Shown: positions 10,591-20,821, counted from the first letter of the stretch. The stretch is DNA of 64,000 nucleotides from an uncultured Acidimicrobiia bacterium (GCA_903921205.1 CAIXPF010000095.1:2042-66041); one strand, 5' to 3'. Made by a program: numbers and translations. Notes: generated by a model from the sequence alone, not told the origin.

Positions 10591-11275
10591 TCAGACGAGG
10601 ATGTTGATGGCGGCGTCGACCGAGGCGGTGCCGGTCACGTCGAGCAGCTGGTCGGCGACCCCGTCGCGGAAGACGTTGTCGCGGTTGTTGTAGGTCGGGT
10701 TGCGCAGGCTGCCGGCGTAGGCCGGGTTCGTGCCGTAGAGGGCGTCGGCGTCGGCGTCGTCGAAGGCGAACTGGCTGGTGAGCAGTCGTTTGGCCAACGA
10801 GCGGTCGCTGAACACCGCGACGTGGATGTGCGACGCCCGGCCCTGGTAGCGGCCGGGCAGGACCGACGTGAAGGCCACGGTGCCGTCGGCATCGGTCACC
10901 CCCACCGCCCGCAGGTACGACCGGGCGGCGTAGTCACCGCCGTTCATGCCGCCGCGGTAGGCGGAGTAGTGGCCGTCGACATCGCAGTGCCACACGTACA
11001 CGGCGGCACCTGCGAACGGGCTGCGGTCGCCGCCGTGGCCGACCTTGATCCGCAGGGCCAACGGGATACCGGTCACGCGGTTCGAGCCGTCGAGGTCGGT
11101 GGTCATGTCCGTCCGGAACACGGCCGGCTTGTCGAGCACGTTGGCAAGGCCGCCGGCGCCGTTCTGGTTCGAGCCGTCGGCGGGGAAGGGCCCACCGGTC
11201 TCCGTGGGCGGGGTGAGCCACGGCAGGGCGGCCGCGGAGCAGGCCGATCGTCCGTCGCCGGGTCAGCCGGACCAC
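10591..11275 (-). pseudogene. Tat-exported intradiol ring-cleavage dioxygenase-like protein with apparent frameshift at ~11236
   Basis: The catalytic frame has ETGGPFPADGSN, VWHCD..GHYS.Y and PGRY.GR..HIH but no start upstream of the ETGGPF segment. A Tat-like N-terminus MVRLTRRRTIGLL (GTG 11275) is in another frame and joins if one C of CTCCGCG is removed. Confidence 0.7.
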
Positions 11276-11303
11276 CCGGCGTCGGCGAACGGTTGGACTG
11301 CGG

Positions 11304-12839
11304 TCAGTCCTCGTCGGGATGGCGACGACGGGCGACGTAGAACACCCCGGCCGCCCCGAGGGTCACGACCGCCCCGCCGATCGCCTGGGAGCGGAAGCCG
11401 ACGACCATCGCCTCGGTCTCGTGCGCCGCCAAGCCCTCGATCTCGGACTCCGGCAGCTGCGACCAACCGGCGATCTCGGGCGTCGACTGGCCCTCGTGCA
11501 CGGCGCGCAGCACCTCCATCAGCTGGTCCCGGCCGAGGTCGTCCTCGGAGCGCTCGGCGTGGGCACGGTGGACGCCGATCGACACCACCGTCGACATGAA
11601 GATCACCCCCAGCGCCCCGCCCAGCCCGACGGCGGCACCGCGGAACGACGCCACCGTCGACTCGGTGCCGGGAACGGACCGGTTCATCACCGCCGTGGCC
11701 AGCGCAACCTCGGCCGCCGCCACCGACGCCCCGTACAGGCACAGCACCACCACGAGCACGACCACCGGCGTCGACCCGGTCTGCAGACCGGCGGCGAACA
11801 GCGTCGCCGCCACCGCCGCCAGCATCGTGGTGCCGGACTTGGTGATGCCCTTGGCCTTGATGAACCCCTCCATCAGCGCCGCCCCGGCGACCGAGGCCAT
11901 CTGCGCCGGCGCGGCCAGGAACGCCGCCCCCAGGGCCGAGATGCCGTAGACGTACTGCAGCTTGGCGTTCGTGTAGAACCACAGGTTGGCGAACGGGATC
12001 AGCACCACCACCAGCAGCAACAGCAGCAGACCGCCTCGCCGCAGCACCGCCGGGTTCACCGTCGGCGCCGGGATCCGTCGCATCAGCACCGCCAGCACCG
12101 CCAGGGCGGCCAGCGCCACCGCACCCCAGCCGAGCACGGCGACCGACACCCAGCCGCTGCGGTCGACGGCGAAGAACGCCTGCACCATCGCCGTGAGGGC
12201 CACGCCGGCCGCCGCAGGGGTCCACAGCTCGCCCAACACCGCCGGACGCTCACCGTCGGGTGACACCAAGGTGCGGGCCACCACCACCAGCCCGATACCG
12301 CTGAGCACCCACAGCGCCGCCACCGCCCGCCACGACACCACCGTCACCAGCAGGCCGGCGAACACCGGCGCCACCACGAACGCCGCGGAATCGACCGCCC
12401 CGTAGGCCGAGAAGGCGACGTGGCGGGCCCCTTCCCGGGTCGTCGCCGCGGTGAGCAGGGCGATGATGATGATGAGCAGCACCGAGCGCCCCACGCTCAG
12501 CAGGACCATACCGACCAGTGCGACGATCGCCCCCGGTGCCAGCAGCACGGCGGCCGAGCCCACCGTCACCAGAACGCCCGAGGCGACGAGCACCCGCCGG
12601 GGACCCAGCCGCATGGCGAGACCACCGGCGGGGAAGATGACCAGCAGGCTGGCGATGCTGGGTAGCGCCCGGAACAGGGCGGCCAGCCCCGAGCCGGCCC
12701 CGAAATCGGTGAGCATCGGCAGCAGCAGGTAGACGTACGACGACGGCACGACCAGCACCAGCAACGCCAGCAGGCACACGGCCCGAAGGACGCGGTTCTC
12801 GTCGTCCGTGAGGTCGCGGCGGGTCAGCAGGCGCGGCAT
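11304..12839 (-). CDS. MFS transporter, paralog 3
   Basis: MPRLLT..D.ENRVLRA start shared with the other paralogs; GGLAMRLGPRR. Confidence 0.88.
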   Translation of the reverse strand: MPRLLTRRDLTDDENRVLRAVCLLALLVLVVPSSYVYLLLPMLTDFGAGSGLAALFRALPSIASLLVIFPAGGLAMRLGPRRVLVASGVLVTVGSAAVLLAPGAIVALVGMVLLSVGRSVLLIIIIALLTAATTREGARHVAFSAYGAVDSAAFVVAPVFAGLLVTVVSWRAVAALWVLSGIGLVVVARTLVSPDGERPAVLGELWTPAAAGVALTAMVQAFFAVDRSGWVSVAVLGWGAVALAALAVLAVLMRRIPAPTVNPAVLRRGGLLLLLLVVVLIPFANLWFYTNAKLQYVYGISALGAAFLAAPAQMASVAGAALMEGFIKAKGITKSGTTMLAAVAATLFAAGLQTGSTPVVVLVVVLCLYGASVAAAEVALATAVMNRSVPGTESTVASFRGAAVGLGGALGVIFMSTVVSIGVHRAHAERSEDDLGRDQLMEVLRAVHEGQSTPEIAGWSQLPESEIEGLAAHETEAMVVGFRSQAIGGAVVTLGAAGVFYVARRRHPDED

Positions 12840-13000
12840 CGCCGGACGGTAGCGCGCCACCGTTGCGGTGACGCCATGCGCCCGGGTCGCCGGGCGGGCC
12901 GTCCGGACCCGACATCCGGACCGCCTGCCCCACCCCGGGTCCGTGCTACCGTCGACGCGTCTTTCTAACGAAGATTCGACAGCGCGGAGGGTGCAGGGAC

Positions 13001-14449
13001 ATGTCGATGCGATGCGCGGTCATCGGCGCCGGAATGGCGGGGATCCTCGCCGTCATCAAGCTGCGTGAGGCGGGCTACGACGACCTCGTCGTGTACGAGA
13101 AGGCCGACCGGGTCGGCGGGACGTGGCGGGAGAACACCTACCCCGGCATCGCCTGCGACGTGCCCTCGCACGCCTACAGCTACTCCTTCGAGCTCAACCC
13201 CGACTGGTCGCACCGCTTCTCCCCCGGCCCCGAGATCCAGGCGTACTTCCAGGGCGTGGCGGACCGCCACGGGGTCACCGAGCGCATCCGTTTCGGCGAG
13301 GAGCTCACCAGCTGCGCGTTCCGTGACGGCCGCTGGCACCTGCGCACGGCGACGGGCACGACCGACGTGGTCGACGTGGTGATCGCCGCCACCGGCGTAC
13401 TGCACCACCCCAACATCCCCGCCTTCGAGGGCATCGAGACCTTCGAGGGGGCCTGGTTCCACAGCTCCCGCTGGGATCACTCGGTGCCGCTCGACGGCCG
13501 CCGGGTCGGGGTGATCGGCACCGGGTCGACCGCGGTGCAGATCACCTCGGCGCTGGTCGAACGCACCGCCCACTTCACCCTGTTCCAGCGCACCGCCCAG
13601 TGGGTGCTGCCCATCGACAACCCGGCGTTCAGCGACGCCGAGCGCGAGGACTTCCGCGCCGACCCGGCCGGCACGAGGACCCTGCACGACCACCTGTCGC
13701 GGGCGTTCCGGGACGCGTTCTCGCACGCCGTCATCGACGTCAACTCCCCGCGGCTCGCCGAGATCGAGGCGGAGTGCCTGCGCAACCTCGAGCAGAACGT
13801 CACCGACCCGGACCTGCGCGAGCGGCTGCGACCGACCTACCGCGCGGCATGCAAACGGCTGATCGCCTCGCCGGACTTCTACCAGAAGATCCAACACCCC
13901 GATGCCGAGCTGGTCACCGCGGCCATCGAGCGCATCGAGCCCAAGGGCGTTCGCACCGCGGACGGCGTCCTGCACGAGCTCGACGTGCTGGTGTCGGCCA
14001 CCGGGTTCCGGGCCGACCGGTTCGTGCGGCCGACCACCGTCACCGGCCGCGACGGCGTCGACCTCGACGAGGTCTGGCGCGACGGCCTGCTGGCCTACCT
14101 GTCGGTCGCCGTGCCGGGCTTCCCCAACTTCTTCATGCTCAACGGCCCCAACGGCCCGATCGGCAACTTCTCGCTGATCGACATCGCCGAGCTGCAGGTC
14201 GGCTACATCCTGCAACTGCTCGAGGAGATCCGCGCCGGGCGCTGCCGCGAGATCAGCCCGACCTGGGAGGCCACCCGCAACCTCGAGGCCGAACGACGCG
14301 AGGCCGCCGTCGGCACGGTCTGGGTGACCGGCTGTCGGAGCTGGTACCTCGACCGCGACGGCATCCCCGCCAGCTGGACGTTCACCTTCGACCGTTTCTG
14401 TGACGAGATGGCCGCCCCCAAGCTCGAGGCCTACGAGCTGATCGGCTGA
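13001..14449 (+). CDS. Flavin-containing (Baeyer-Villiger-type) monooxygenase
   Basis: GAGMAG, GGTWRENTYPG.ACDVPSH, BVMO fingerprint FEGAWFHSSRWD, GTGSTAVQ, ATGF. Confidence 0.92.
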   Translation: MSMRCAVIGAGMAGILAVIKLREAGYDDLVVYEKADRVGGTWRENTYPGIACDVPSHAYSYSFELNPDWSHRFSPGPEIQAYFQGVADRHGVTERIRFGEELTSCAFRDGRWHLRTATGTTDVVDVVIAATGVLHHPNIPAFEGIETFEGAWFHSSRWDHSVPLDGRRVGVIGTGSTAVQITSALVERTAHFTLFQRTAQWVLPIDNPAFSDAEREDFRADPAGTRTLHDHLSRAFRDAFSHAVIDVNSPRLAEIEAECLRNLEQNVTDPDLRERLRPTYRAACKRLIASPDFYQKIQHPDAELVTAAIERIEPKGVRTADGVLHELDVLVSATGFRADRFVRPTTVTGRDGVDLDEVWRDGLLAYLSVAVPGFPNFFMLNGPNGPIGNFSLIDIAELQVGYILQLLEEIRAGRCREISPTWEATRNLEAERREAAVGTVWVTGCRSWYLDRDGIPASWTFTFDRFCDEMAAPKLEAYELIG

Positions 14450-14473
14450 CGTCGCCGGTCGCGGACGGCCGGA

Positions 14474-14559
14474 CGCGTCTGCCGGGACTCGGCCGGGACT
14501 CGGCCGGGCAGACGCGCCCCGTCAGGCGCGCCCCGTCAGGCGCGCCCCGTCAGGCGCGA
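14474..14559. repeat. Intergenic hairpin plus short tandem repeats
   Basis: CGCGTCTGCC/GGCAGACGCG inverted repeat enclosing (GGGACTCGGCC)x2, then (CGCGCCCCGTCAGG)x3. Confidence 0.7.
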
Positions 14560-14563
14560 CCGT

Positions 14564-15358
14564 TCAGACGTGTCCGCCCGAACCGCCGTCGACGCTGAGT
14601 GCGACCCCGTTGACGTACGAGGCGGCGTTCGAGCACAGGAACACGATGGCCGCCGCCACCTCCTCCGCCGTGCCGTACCTACCGACCGGTACGCCCTGGG
14701 AGTTGCGGGCCAGCACGTCGTCGGCCGTGCCGCCCGCCGCAGCGGCGATCTCGCCCGCGGCCCGATCCCACATGGCGGTGTGGATGAGGCCCGGCAGCAC
14801 CGAGTTCACCAGCACCCCGTCCGGCCCGTACTTGCCGGCGAGCGCCTTGCCGGTGGCGATCATCGCCGCCTTGGTCGCGGCGTAGTCGATCAGCGCAGCG
14901 TTGGGGTAGATCGCACCGGCGGTGGCCACCATGATCACCCTCCCCCAGCGTTGCTTGCGCATGGCGGGCAGGAACCGGCGGGTGCAACGCACGGCCGACA
15001 GCAGGTTCAGCTGATGCAGCTGTTCCCAGTCATCGTCGGTCATGTAGAGGAAGTTGCGCGACGGCGACGCCCCCACGTTGTTGACCAGGATGTCGACCGC
15101 GCCCAGATCGGCCTCGACCGCATCGAGGAAGGTCGCGGTCGACGCAGCGTCACCGAGGTCGGCCACGTAGCCCCGCACCGATCCTGTACCGGATGGTACG
15201 TAGGCGGCGAGGGCGGCGACACCGTCGGCCCCACGGGCGCAGAAGGCCACCTGGGCACCGTGGTCGGCCAGCAGCCGCACCGTCGCGGCGCCGATGCCGA
15301 GGCTGGCTCCGGTCACCACCGCCCGCTTCCCGGTCAGGTCGAGATCGATCACCGTCAT
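14564..15358 (-). CDS. SDR family oxidoreductase
   Basis: TGASLGIG, NNVG, YAATK, VDGG. Confidence 0.9.
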   Translation of the reverse strand: MTVIDLDLTGKRAVVTGASLGIGAATVRLLADHGAQVAFCARGADGVAALAAYVPSGTGSVRGYVADLGDAASTATFLDAVEADLGAVDILVNNVGASPSRNFLYMTDDDWEQLHQLNLLSAVRCTRRFLPAMRKQRWGRVIMVATAGAIYPNAALIDYAATKAAMIATGKALAGKYGPDGVLVNSVLPGLIHTAMWDRAAGEIAAAAGGTADDVLARNSQGVPVGRYGTAEEVAAAIVFLCSNAASYVNGVALSVDGGSGGHV

Positions 15359-15423
15359 CCTCCCGTCGTCGATGCGCTCAGCATGCCAGATGACTGCGCC
15401 CGACGGCGCCGGAGCGCACCCGG

Positions 15424-16341
15424 TCAGATCCCCAGCAGCGCCCGGACGGTGGCGGTATCGGCCACCGGACGGCCGACCGCGGCGGCGAGGGCCACCACCT
15501 CGGCCACCAGCTCGGCGTTGGTCGGCCGGCGACGTTCGCCGGGCAGGGGCGCGAAGTCCTCCCACCCCACCCGCACGTGGCCACCGAGCTCGATCGCCGC
15601 GGCGGCCAACCCGGTGCCGACCACGTCACCGCCGACCACCCCCACCATCCAACGCAACGGCGCGTCGCCGAGCAGACGCAGATAGGTCTCCAACGCCCAG
15701 ATCTCGGCCGGCAGGCCGAAATACGTGGACGGACCCGACAGGTAGAACTGCAGCTTGGCCTTGGCCGGCAACGTGCCGGCCTCGAGATGACCCAATGCCA
15801 GCCGCAGGAACCCCGGCTCGAAGATGGACACGTGCACCGCCACGTCGCGCTCACGGCACCAGGCGAACATCCAGTCGACATCGGCCGGCGAGTTCACGTA
15901 GGGCACCGCACCGGCTCCCACCGAACCGTCGGAGCGCCGTCCGGTCAGGTTCAGCGAGCCGGGGTCGGCCACCGCCAGGCTGAGCGCCCCGGCCTCGTGC
16001 AGCGCCACCAGGTGGGCGTAGCGGTCCTCGATGGTCCGGCCCTGGCCCCCGCCGGCCATCGTCGGGTAGCAGATCGCCCCGGGATGCACCGCACGGATGG
16101 CCTCCCATGCCAAACGGTACGGTTCGGGATCGTGGCGGCCGTCGCCGCCGAGCACCTCGTCGGCGGTGTGGTTGTGGATCACCGTGGCCCCGGCATCGAG
16201 GCAGGCCAGGGCGTCCTCGGCGACCTCCTCGACGGTGCAGGGCACCACCGGGTTGGCACGGGCCCCTCCCCGCCGGGCCCACGACGCCGGCAGGGCGCCG
16301 TTGATCGCCGCCTCGATGATCAGCGGTTCCGTCGCAGCCAT
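15424..16341 (-). CDS. Beta-keto acid cleavage enzyme (BKACE/Kce family)
   Basis: IIEAAING, VP.T.EE...DA..C.DAGA..IHNH, GGHVRVGWED, TNAELV. Confidence 0.88.
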   Translation of the reverse strand: MAATEPLIIEAAINGALPASWARRGGARANPVVPCTVEEVAEDALACLDAGATVIHNHTADEVLGGDGRHDPEPYRLAWEAIRAVHPGAICYPTMAGGGQGRTIEDRYAHLVALHEAGALSLAVADPGSLNLTGRRSDGSVGAGAVPYVNSPADVDWMFAWCRERDVAVHVSIFEPGFLRLALGHLEAGTLPAKAKLQFYLSGPSTYFGLPAEIWALETYLRLLGDAPLRWMVGVVGGDVVGTGLAAAAIELGGHVRVGWEDFAPLPGERRRPTNAELVAEVVALAAAVGRPVADTATVRALLGI

Positions 16342-16509
16342 CACGTCCTCCACGTCGTCCCGGTCGTCCCGGTCGTCGACGGCCAGCTTCCCACGGCTTC
16401 GTCGTCACCGCCCGGCGGGCGCGCCGGTGCCGGGTCGCGTACCGTGCCGGGACGCCGACGTGCACCGACGACACGCCGGGGACCGCTACCACACAGGAGC
16501 ACACCGACC

Positions 16510-17256
16510 ATGGGCCGACTCGACGGCAAGATCGCACTCATCACCGGCGGAGCCCGGGGCCAGGGGGCCGAGGAGGGCCGGCTGTTCTGCGCCGAGGGCG
16601 CCACGGTCATCCTCACCGACGTGCTCGACGAGGAGGGCGAACGCACCGCGGCAGGGATCGAAGGTGCGTCCTACCTCCACCTCGACGTCAGCTCCGAGGC
16701 CGAGTGGCAGTCGGTGGTCGACACGGTCATCGCCCGCCACGGGGCGCTCGACGTGCTGGTCAACAACGCCGGCATCGACCTCGACAAGCGTTTCGAGGCC
16801 ACCACCCTGGCCGACTTCGAACGCGTCGTGGCCATCAACCAGACCGGCGTGTTCCTGGGCATGCGCACTGCGGCCACCGCCATGATGGCGGCGGGCCGGC
16901 CGGGCTCGATCGTCAACATCTCCTCGGTGGCCGGCCTGCAGGGCGTGCGGGGCCGGGCCGCCTACGGCGCCACCAAGTGGGCGGTACGGGGCATGACCAA
17001 GATCGGTGCGCTCGAGTGGGGCAAGCGGGGCATCCGGGTCAACTCGGTGCACCCCGGCCTGATCGAGACCCCGATGACGGAGACCCAGCGGGCGTTCACC
17101 GATCCCGACGTGCGGGTCCGCGCCGAGCGCAACATCCCCATCGGCCGGATGGGCACCGCCACCGACATCGCCAACATGGTGCTGTTCCTCGCCAGCGACG
17201 AGTCGAGCTACTGCACCGGCCAGGAGTTCACCGTCGACGGCGGCGTGCACCCGTGA
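16510..17256 (+). CDS. SDR family oxidoreductase (3-alpha/20-beta-HSD-like)
   Basis: TGGARGQG, NNAG, YGATKWAVRGMTK, VNSVHPG. Confidence 0.92.
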   Translation: MGRLDGKIALITGGARGQGAEEGRLFCAEGATVILTDVLDEEGERTAAGIEGASYLHLDVSSEAEWQSVVDTVIARHGALDVLVNNAGIDLDKRFEATTLADFERVVAINQTGVFLGMRTAATAMMAAGRPGSIVNISSVAGLQGVRGRAAYGATKWAVRGMTKIGALEWGKRGIRVNSVHPGLIETPMTETQRAFTDPDVRVRAERNIPIGRMGTATDIANMVLFLASDESSYCTGQEFTVDGGVHP

Positions 17257-17298
17257 TCGAGGCACCGGCCACGGGCGGCGAGCCCAGCCGGGCAGCGT

Positions 17299-17988
17299 TC
17301 AGCCTGGCGCGGTGACCAGCGGCGGGGCCAGCACGAACAGGCCCTCGGCCTCGGCGAAGACCCCCTCGTCGCTCGAGCCCTCGCAGGTGATGAACAGTTT
17401 GCGGCCCTCGCGTCGGACCAGCCGGGAGCGGAACCGGACCGGCTGCTCCAGCGGGGCCGCGGCGCGGAAGGCGATGCTGAGCTGCACGGTGTAGGCGGGT
17501 TGGCCGACCAGCAGCAGGATCAGGCTCATCGACTCGTCGATCGCCGCCGCCACGGCACCGCCGTGGACCCGTTCGGGTGGGCCCTCGAAGGCCCGCCCGA
17601 ACACCGTTTCGGCCACGGTCTCGTCACCGTCGCGACGGTAGGTGAAGCCCATCGACGTCCCGCTCGACGGGCCACCGATGCAGGACAGCTCGTCGAAGCG
17701 GAGCACCGAGCCGTCGGGCGGTGCCGGCTGGGGCACGCCGGTCAGCATGAACTCGGCCAGACCGCCCCGGCCGACCATGAAGGTGCGCTTGTCGCGCACC
17801 GGGGCGTCGCCGACCGCCGCCACCCACCCCTCGACCCGCCCCGCCAGCTCATCGAGCTGCGCAACGGTGAGGTCGCGCCCGGCGAGCAGGTGCGCCGCAG
17901 CGCGTACGGCCGCCGCGGCCCGCCGGGCGGGGTCGTCGTCGCGCTCGGGACCGGGACCGACCGGGCCCTCGTCGACGTCGTCCGCCAT
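17299..17988 (-). CDS. PaaI-family hotdog-fold thioesterase
   Basis: FEGPPERVHGG..AAAIDE; C-terminal AEAEGLFV. Confidence 0.85.
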   Translation of the reverse strand: MADDVDEGPVGPGPERDDDPARRAAAAVRAAAHLLAGRDLTVAQLDELAGRVEGWVAAVGDAPVRDKRTFMVGRGGLAEFMLTGVPQPAPPDGSVLRFDELSCIGGPSSGTSMGFTYRRDGDETVAETVFGRAFEGPPERVHGGAVAAAIDESMSLILLLVGQPAYTVQLSIAFRAAAPLEQPVRFRSRLVRREGRKLFITCEGSSDEGVFAEAEGLFVLAPPLVTAPG

Positions 17989-18002
17989 GCCCGGGTCCGG
18001 AT

Positions 18003-18605
18003 TCAACGCGTCCTCGGCCGGGACGGCTTCGGGTCGGAAGGGGCGGCCTTCACCGCGGCCGGCTTCGCCGCAGCCGGCTTCGCTCCGGGAGCAGGCTTCG
18101 CGCCGGCGGGCAGGGTGCGGCGCTTGCGGGCCCGCTTGCGGCCGCCTGCCATGGCCACGATGGCGTCGAACTGGTCGGGGGTGACCGGCTGGACCGACAG
18201 GCGCGACTTGCCCACCAGCGGCATGCCCTCGAGCACCCCGCCGGGCTCGCCGTGGCTGCGCAGCTCGTCGAGGGGCACCAGCCGCGGGAAGATCTCCACG
18301 AAGCCGATGTCCACCATGAACCAGCGGGGGTCCTGCGGGGAGGACTGCTCGTCGAAGTACTTCGAGGCAGGGTCCCACGCAGTGTGGTCGGCGTAGGCGG
18401 TCCGTACCACCTCGCCGAGACCGACCACCCCGGGCGGCTTCGCATTGGAGTGGTAGACGAGCACCCAGTCGCCGAGCTGCATGTCGTCCCGCATGAAGTT
18501 GCGGGCCTGGTAGTTGCGCACCCCGTCCCACGACGTGCGGCCGAGCCGCTTCAGGTCGTCGATCGAGAACGCATCCGGTTCGGTCTTCACCAGCCAATGA
18601 GCCAC
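18003..18605 (-). CDS. EVE domain protein
   Basis: WLVKTEP..FSIDDL, WDGVRNYQARNFMRD, YHSN, RLSVQPV. Confidence 0.92.
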   Translation of the reverse strand: MAHWLVKTEPDAFSIDDLKRLGRTSWDGVRNYQARNFMRDDMQLGDWVLVYHSNAKPPGVVGLGEVVRTAYADHTAWDPASKYFDEQSSPQDPRWFMVDIGFVEIFPRLVPLDELRSHGEPGGVLEGMPLVGKSRLSVQPVTPDQFDAIVAMAGGRKRARKRRTLPAGAKPAPGAKPAAAKPAAVKAAPSDPKPSRPRTR

Positions 18606-18788
18606 AGCGGCGGATCGTAGGCCAGCGTCCTCACCCGTTCAGACTTTCGCCGGTCAGAGCGCCGGCGGACGCGTGGGCACCGGGACCGGCTCGCCTCCGG
18701 CCACCGTCCGCGCGTCGGCAACCCGGCTCCGTAATCGGCGGTCCCGTTACCGGAGATCGGCACCCGACGCGGCCGCGCCACGCGCGTG

Positions 18789-18804
18789 TGTGACCAATGT
18801 CACG
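18789..18804. promoter_or_regulatory. CRP/GlxR-like palindromic site
   Basis: TGTGA-ccaatg-TCACG (1 mismatch to TGTGA-N6-TCACA) in a divergent intergenic region. Confidence 0.5.
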
Positions 18805-18933
18805 GTTGCGTGAATTCCGGCTGTCGCCAGATGCGGGTACGGTGATCCGGCCTGCTTCCTGGCTGGCAGATGAACTGGGCGCGGCTGTCATGTTGTGCCC
18901 TCCCCGGGAAAATTGATGCAAGGAGCCCGCACC

Positions 18934-19182
18934 ATGAAGACCAAGCTTCGCCTCGTTGGTGGCCTCACCGCCGGCCTGATCCTGTTCGCCGGCCTCACCG
19001 GCTGCAGCAGCAGCGACGACAAGGAAGAGACCACCGAGACCACCGCCAAGGGCGGCGCGACCGAGACCACCAAGGCCGGCGCCACCGCCACCACCAAGGC
19101 CGGCGAGACCGCCACCACCAAGGCCGGCGCCACCGCCACCACCGCCAAGGCTGCCGAGGCAACCACCACCGTCAAGAAGTGA
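18934..19182 (+). CDS. Small Thr/Ala/Lys-repeat lipoprotein
   Basis: AAGGAG RBS, lipobox LTGC, (TTKAG.TA) repeats. Confidence 0.8.
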   Translation: MKTKLRLVGGLTAGLILFAGLTGCSSSDDKEETTETTAKGGATETTKAGATATTKAGETATTKAGATATTAKAAEATTTVKK

Positions 19183-19351
19183 TCCGGCCCGCCGCATGCC
19201 GGCGGTGCTGAGCGATCTCGTATCGCCGATACGTGGCGGCCTTCGGGCCGCCACGTTCGCGTCCCGGCACCGCTGGTGCGCGGCCGTTGTCCACCGCTGC
19301 GGGCACCGGGCCACCGCCGTGAGGGACCGCTGCACCTAGCCTGGCGTCACG

Positions 19352-20821
19352 GTGAAGCTCCGACCTGCAGTTCTCATCCCGGCCACCCTCATCCCCACCG
19401 CCCTCGCCACCGTGGGTCTGGTCCGCACCCGGCGCACCCGGCGCACCCGTGGCACCGGTCCGCAGCCGGTCCGCACCACCTCGAGAGCAGCCCGCAACGT
19501 CGAGGTGGCGGCGTTGTCGGCCCGCGTGGGCACGGCGACCGCCCTCACCAGGGCCCGACAGGTGTTCGCCTCGGCGGAGCGGCGCATCAGCCTCGACGAG
19601 GATCTGCAGCTGCGCACCGCCGCCGACGTCGCTCGCACCCTCGGCGAGATGAAGGGCGCCCTGATGAAGATCGGGCAGATGGCCAGCTACCTCGATCACG
19701 GCCTGCCCGAACCGTTGCGGCTGGCCCTGACCCAGCTGCAGTCCGGGGCCCCGCCGATGAGCGCCGAGCTCGCCGCCCGCACCATCACCGAGGAACTGGG
19801 CCGGCCTCCCCAGGATCTCTTCCTCGAGTGGGACCCGGTACCGATCGCCGCCGCCTCGATCGGCCAGGTGCACCGGGCCATCACCAACGACGGCCGGGCG
19901 GTGGCGGTCAAGGTGCAGTACCCCGGCGTGGCCGATGCCATCGCCGCCGACCTCGGCAACGCCGACCTGCTCTTCGGTGCCCTCGGGCTGGCGTTCCCCG
20001 GCCTCGACCCCGACCCCATCACCGCCGAGCTGCGCACCCGCATCACCGAGGAGCTCGACTATCGGCAGGAGGCCCGCAACCAGCAGCTCTTCGCCGACTA
20101 CTACGCCGGTCACCCGTTCATCCACATCCCGTCGGTGCTCGCCGAGCTGTCGACCGGGCGGGTGTTGACCAGCGAGCTGGTCACCGGGTCGACCTTCGCC
20201 GAGGCCGTCACCTGGGACGAACGCGAGCGTGACCTCATCGGCGAGACCATGTTCCGCTTCGTCTTCGGCAGCCTCTACCGCCTGCGGGCGTTCAACGGCG
20301 ACCCCCATCCCGGCAACTACCTGTTCCACGGCGACGGGCGGGTCACCTTCTTGGACTTCGGCCTGGTCCGGCGCTTCAGCGACGAGGAGATGGCGAACTT
20401 CCAGCGGATGATCACCGAGATGGTGCTCAACGACGACCTCGTCGCCTTCCGCCGGGCGGTCGAGGACAACGGGCTGCTGGCCCGCGGTGCCCCGGTCACC
20501 ACCGCCGAGGTCGGCGAGTACTTCAGCCACTTCTACACCTTCGTACGCCGCCGGGGACGCTTCACCTGGAGCACCGACTACGCCTCTGCCACCGTGCGCC
20601 AGACCTTCAACGCCTCGAGCCCGGTGACCCGTCACACCACGGTGCCGGCCAGCTTCGTGCTCATCCAGCGCATCAACCTGGGGCTGTACGCCCTGCTGGG
20701 GCAGCTCGAGGCCACCGCCGACTGGCGGATCATCGCCGAGGACATCTGGCCCTGGGTCGACCGGCCGGCCGACACCGAGCTGGCCCGGCGCGAGATCGCC
20801 TGGCGCAGCCGGCCCCGCTGA
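19352..20821 (+). CDS. ABC1/UbiB/AarF-family atypical kinase
   Basis: MKGALMKIGQ, AAASIGQVHRA, VAVKVQYPG, EELDY, GDPHPGN, LDFG. Confidence 0.93.
   Translation: MKLRPAVLIPATLIPTALATVGLVRTRRTRRTRGTGPQPVRTTSRAARNVEVAALSARVGTATALTRARQVFASAERRISLDEDLQLRTAADVARTLGEMKGALMKIGQMASYLDHGLPEPLRLALTQLQSGAPPMSAELAARTITEELGRPPQDLFLEWDPVPIAAASIGQVHRAITNDGRAVAVKVQYPGVADAIAADLGNADLLFGALGLAFPGLDPDPITAELRTRITEELDYRQEARNQQLFADYYAGHPFIHIPSVLAELSTGRVLTSELVTGSTFAEAVTWDERERDLIGETMFRFVFGSLYRLRAFNGDPHPGNYLFHGDGRVTFLDFGLVRRFSDEEMANFQRMITEMVLNDDLVAFRRAVEDNGLLARGAPVTTAEVGEYFSHFYTFVRRRGRFTWSTDYASATVRQTFNASSPVTRHTTVPASFVLIQRINLGLYALLGQLEATADWRIIAEDIWPWVDRPADTELARREIAWRSRPR

Noticed and set aside
11263-11265. In-frame TGA upstream of the dioxygenase domain as a second Sec codon
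   Set aside because: It is not at a Cys-equivalent position and no start lies upstream in that intergenic frame; a frameshift from the Tat-signal frame explains it better.
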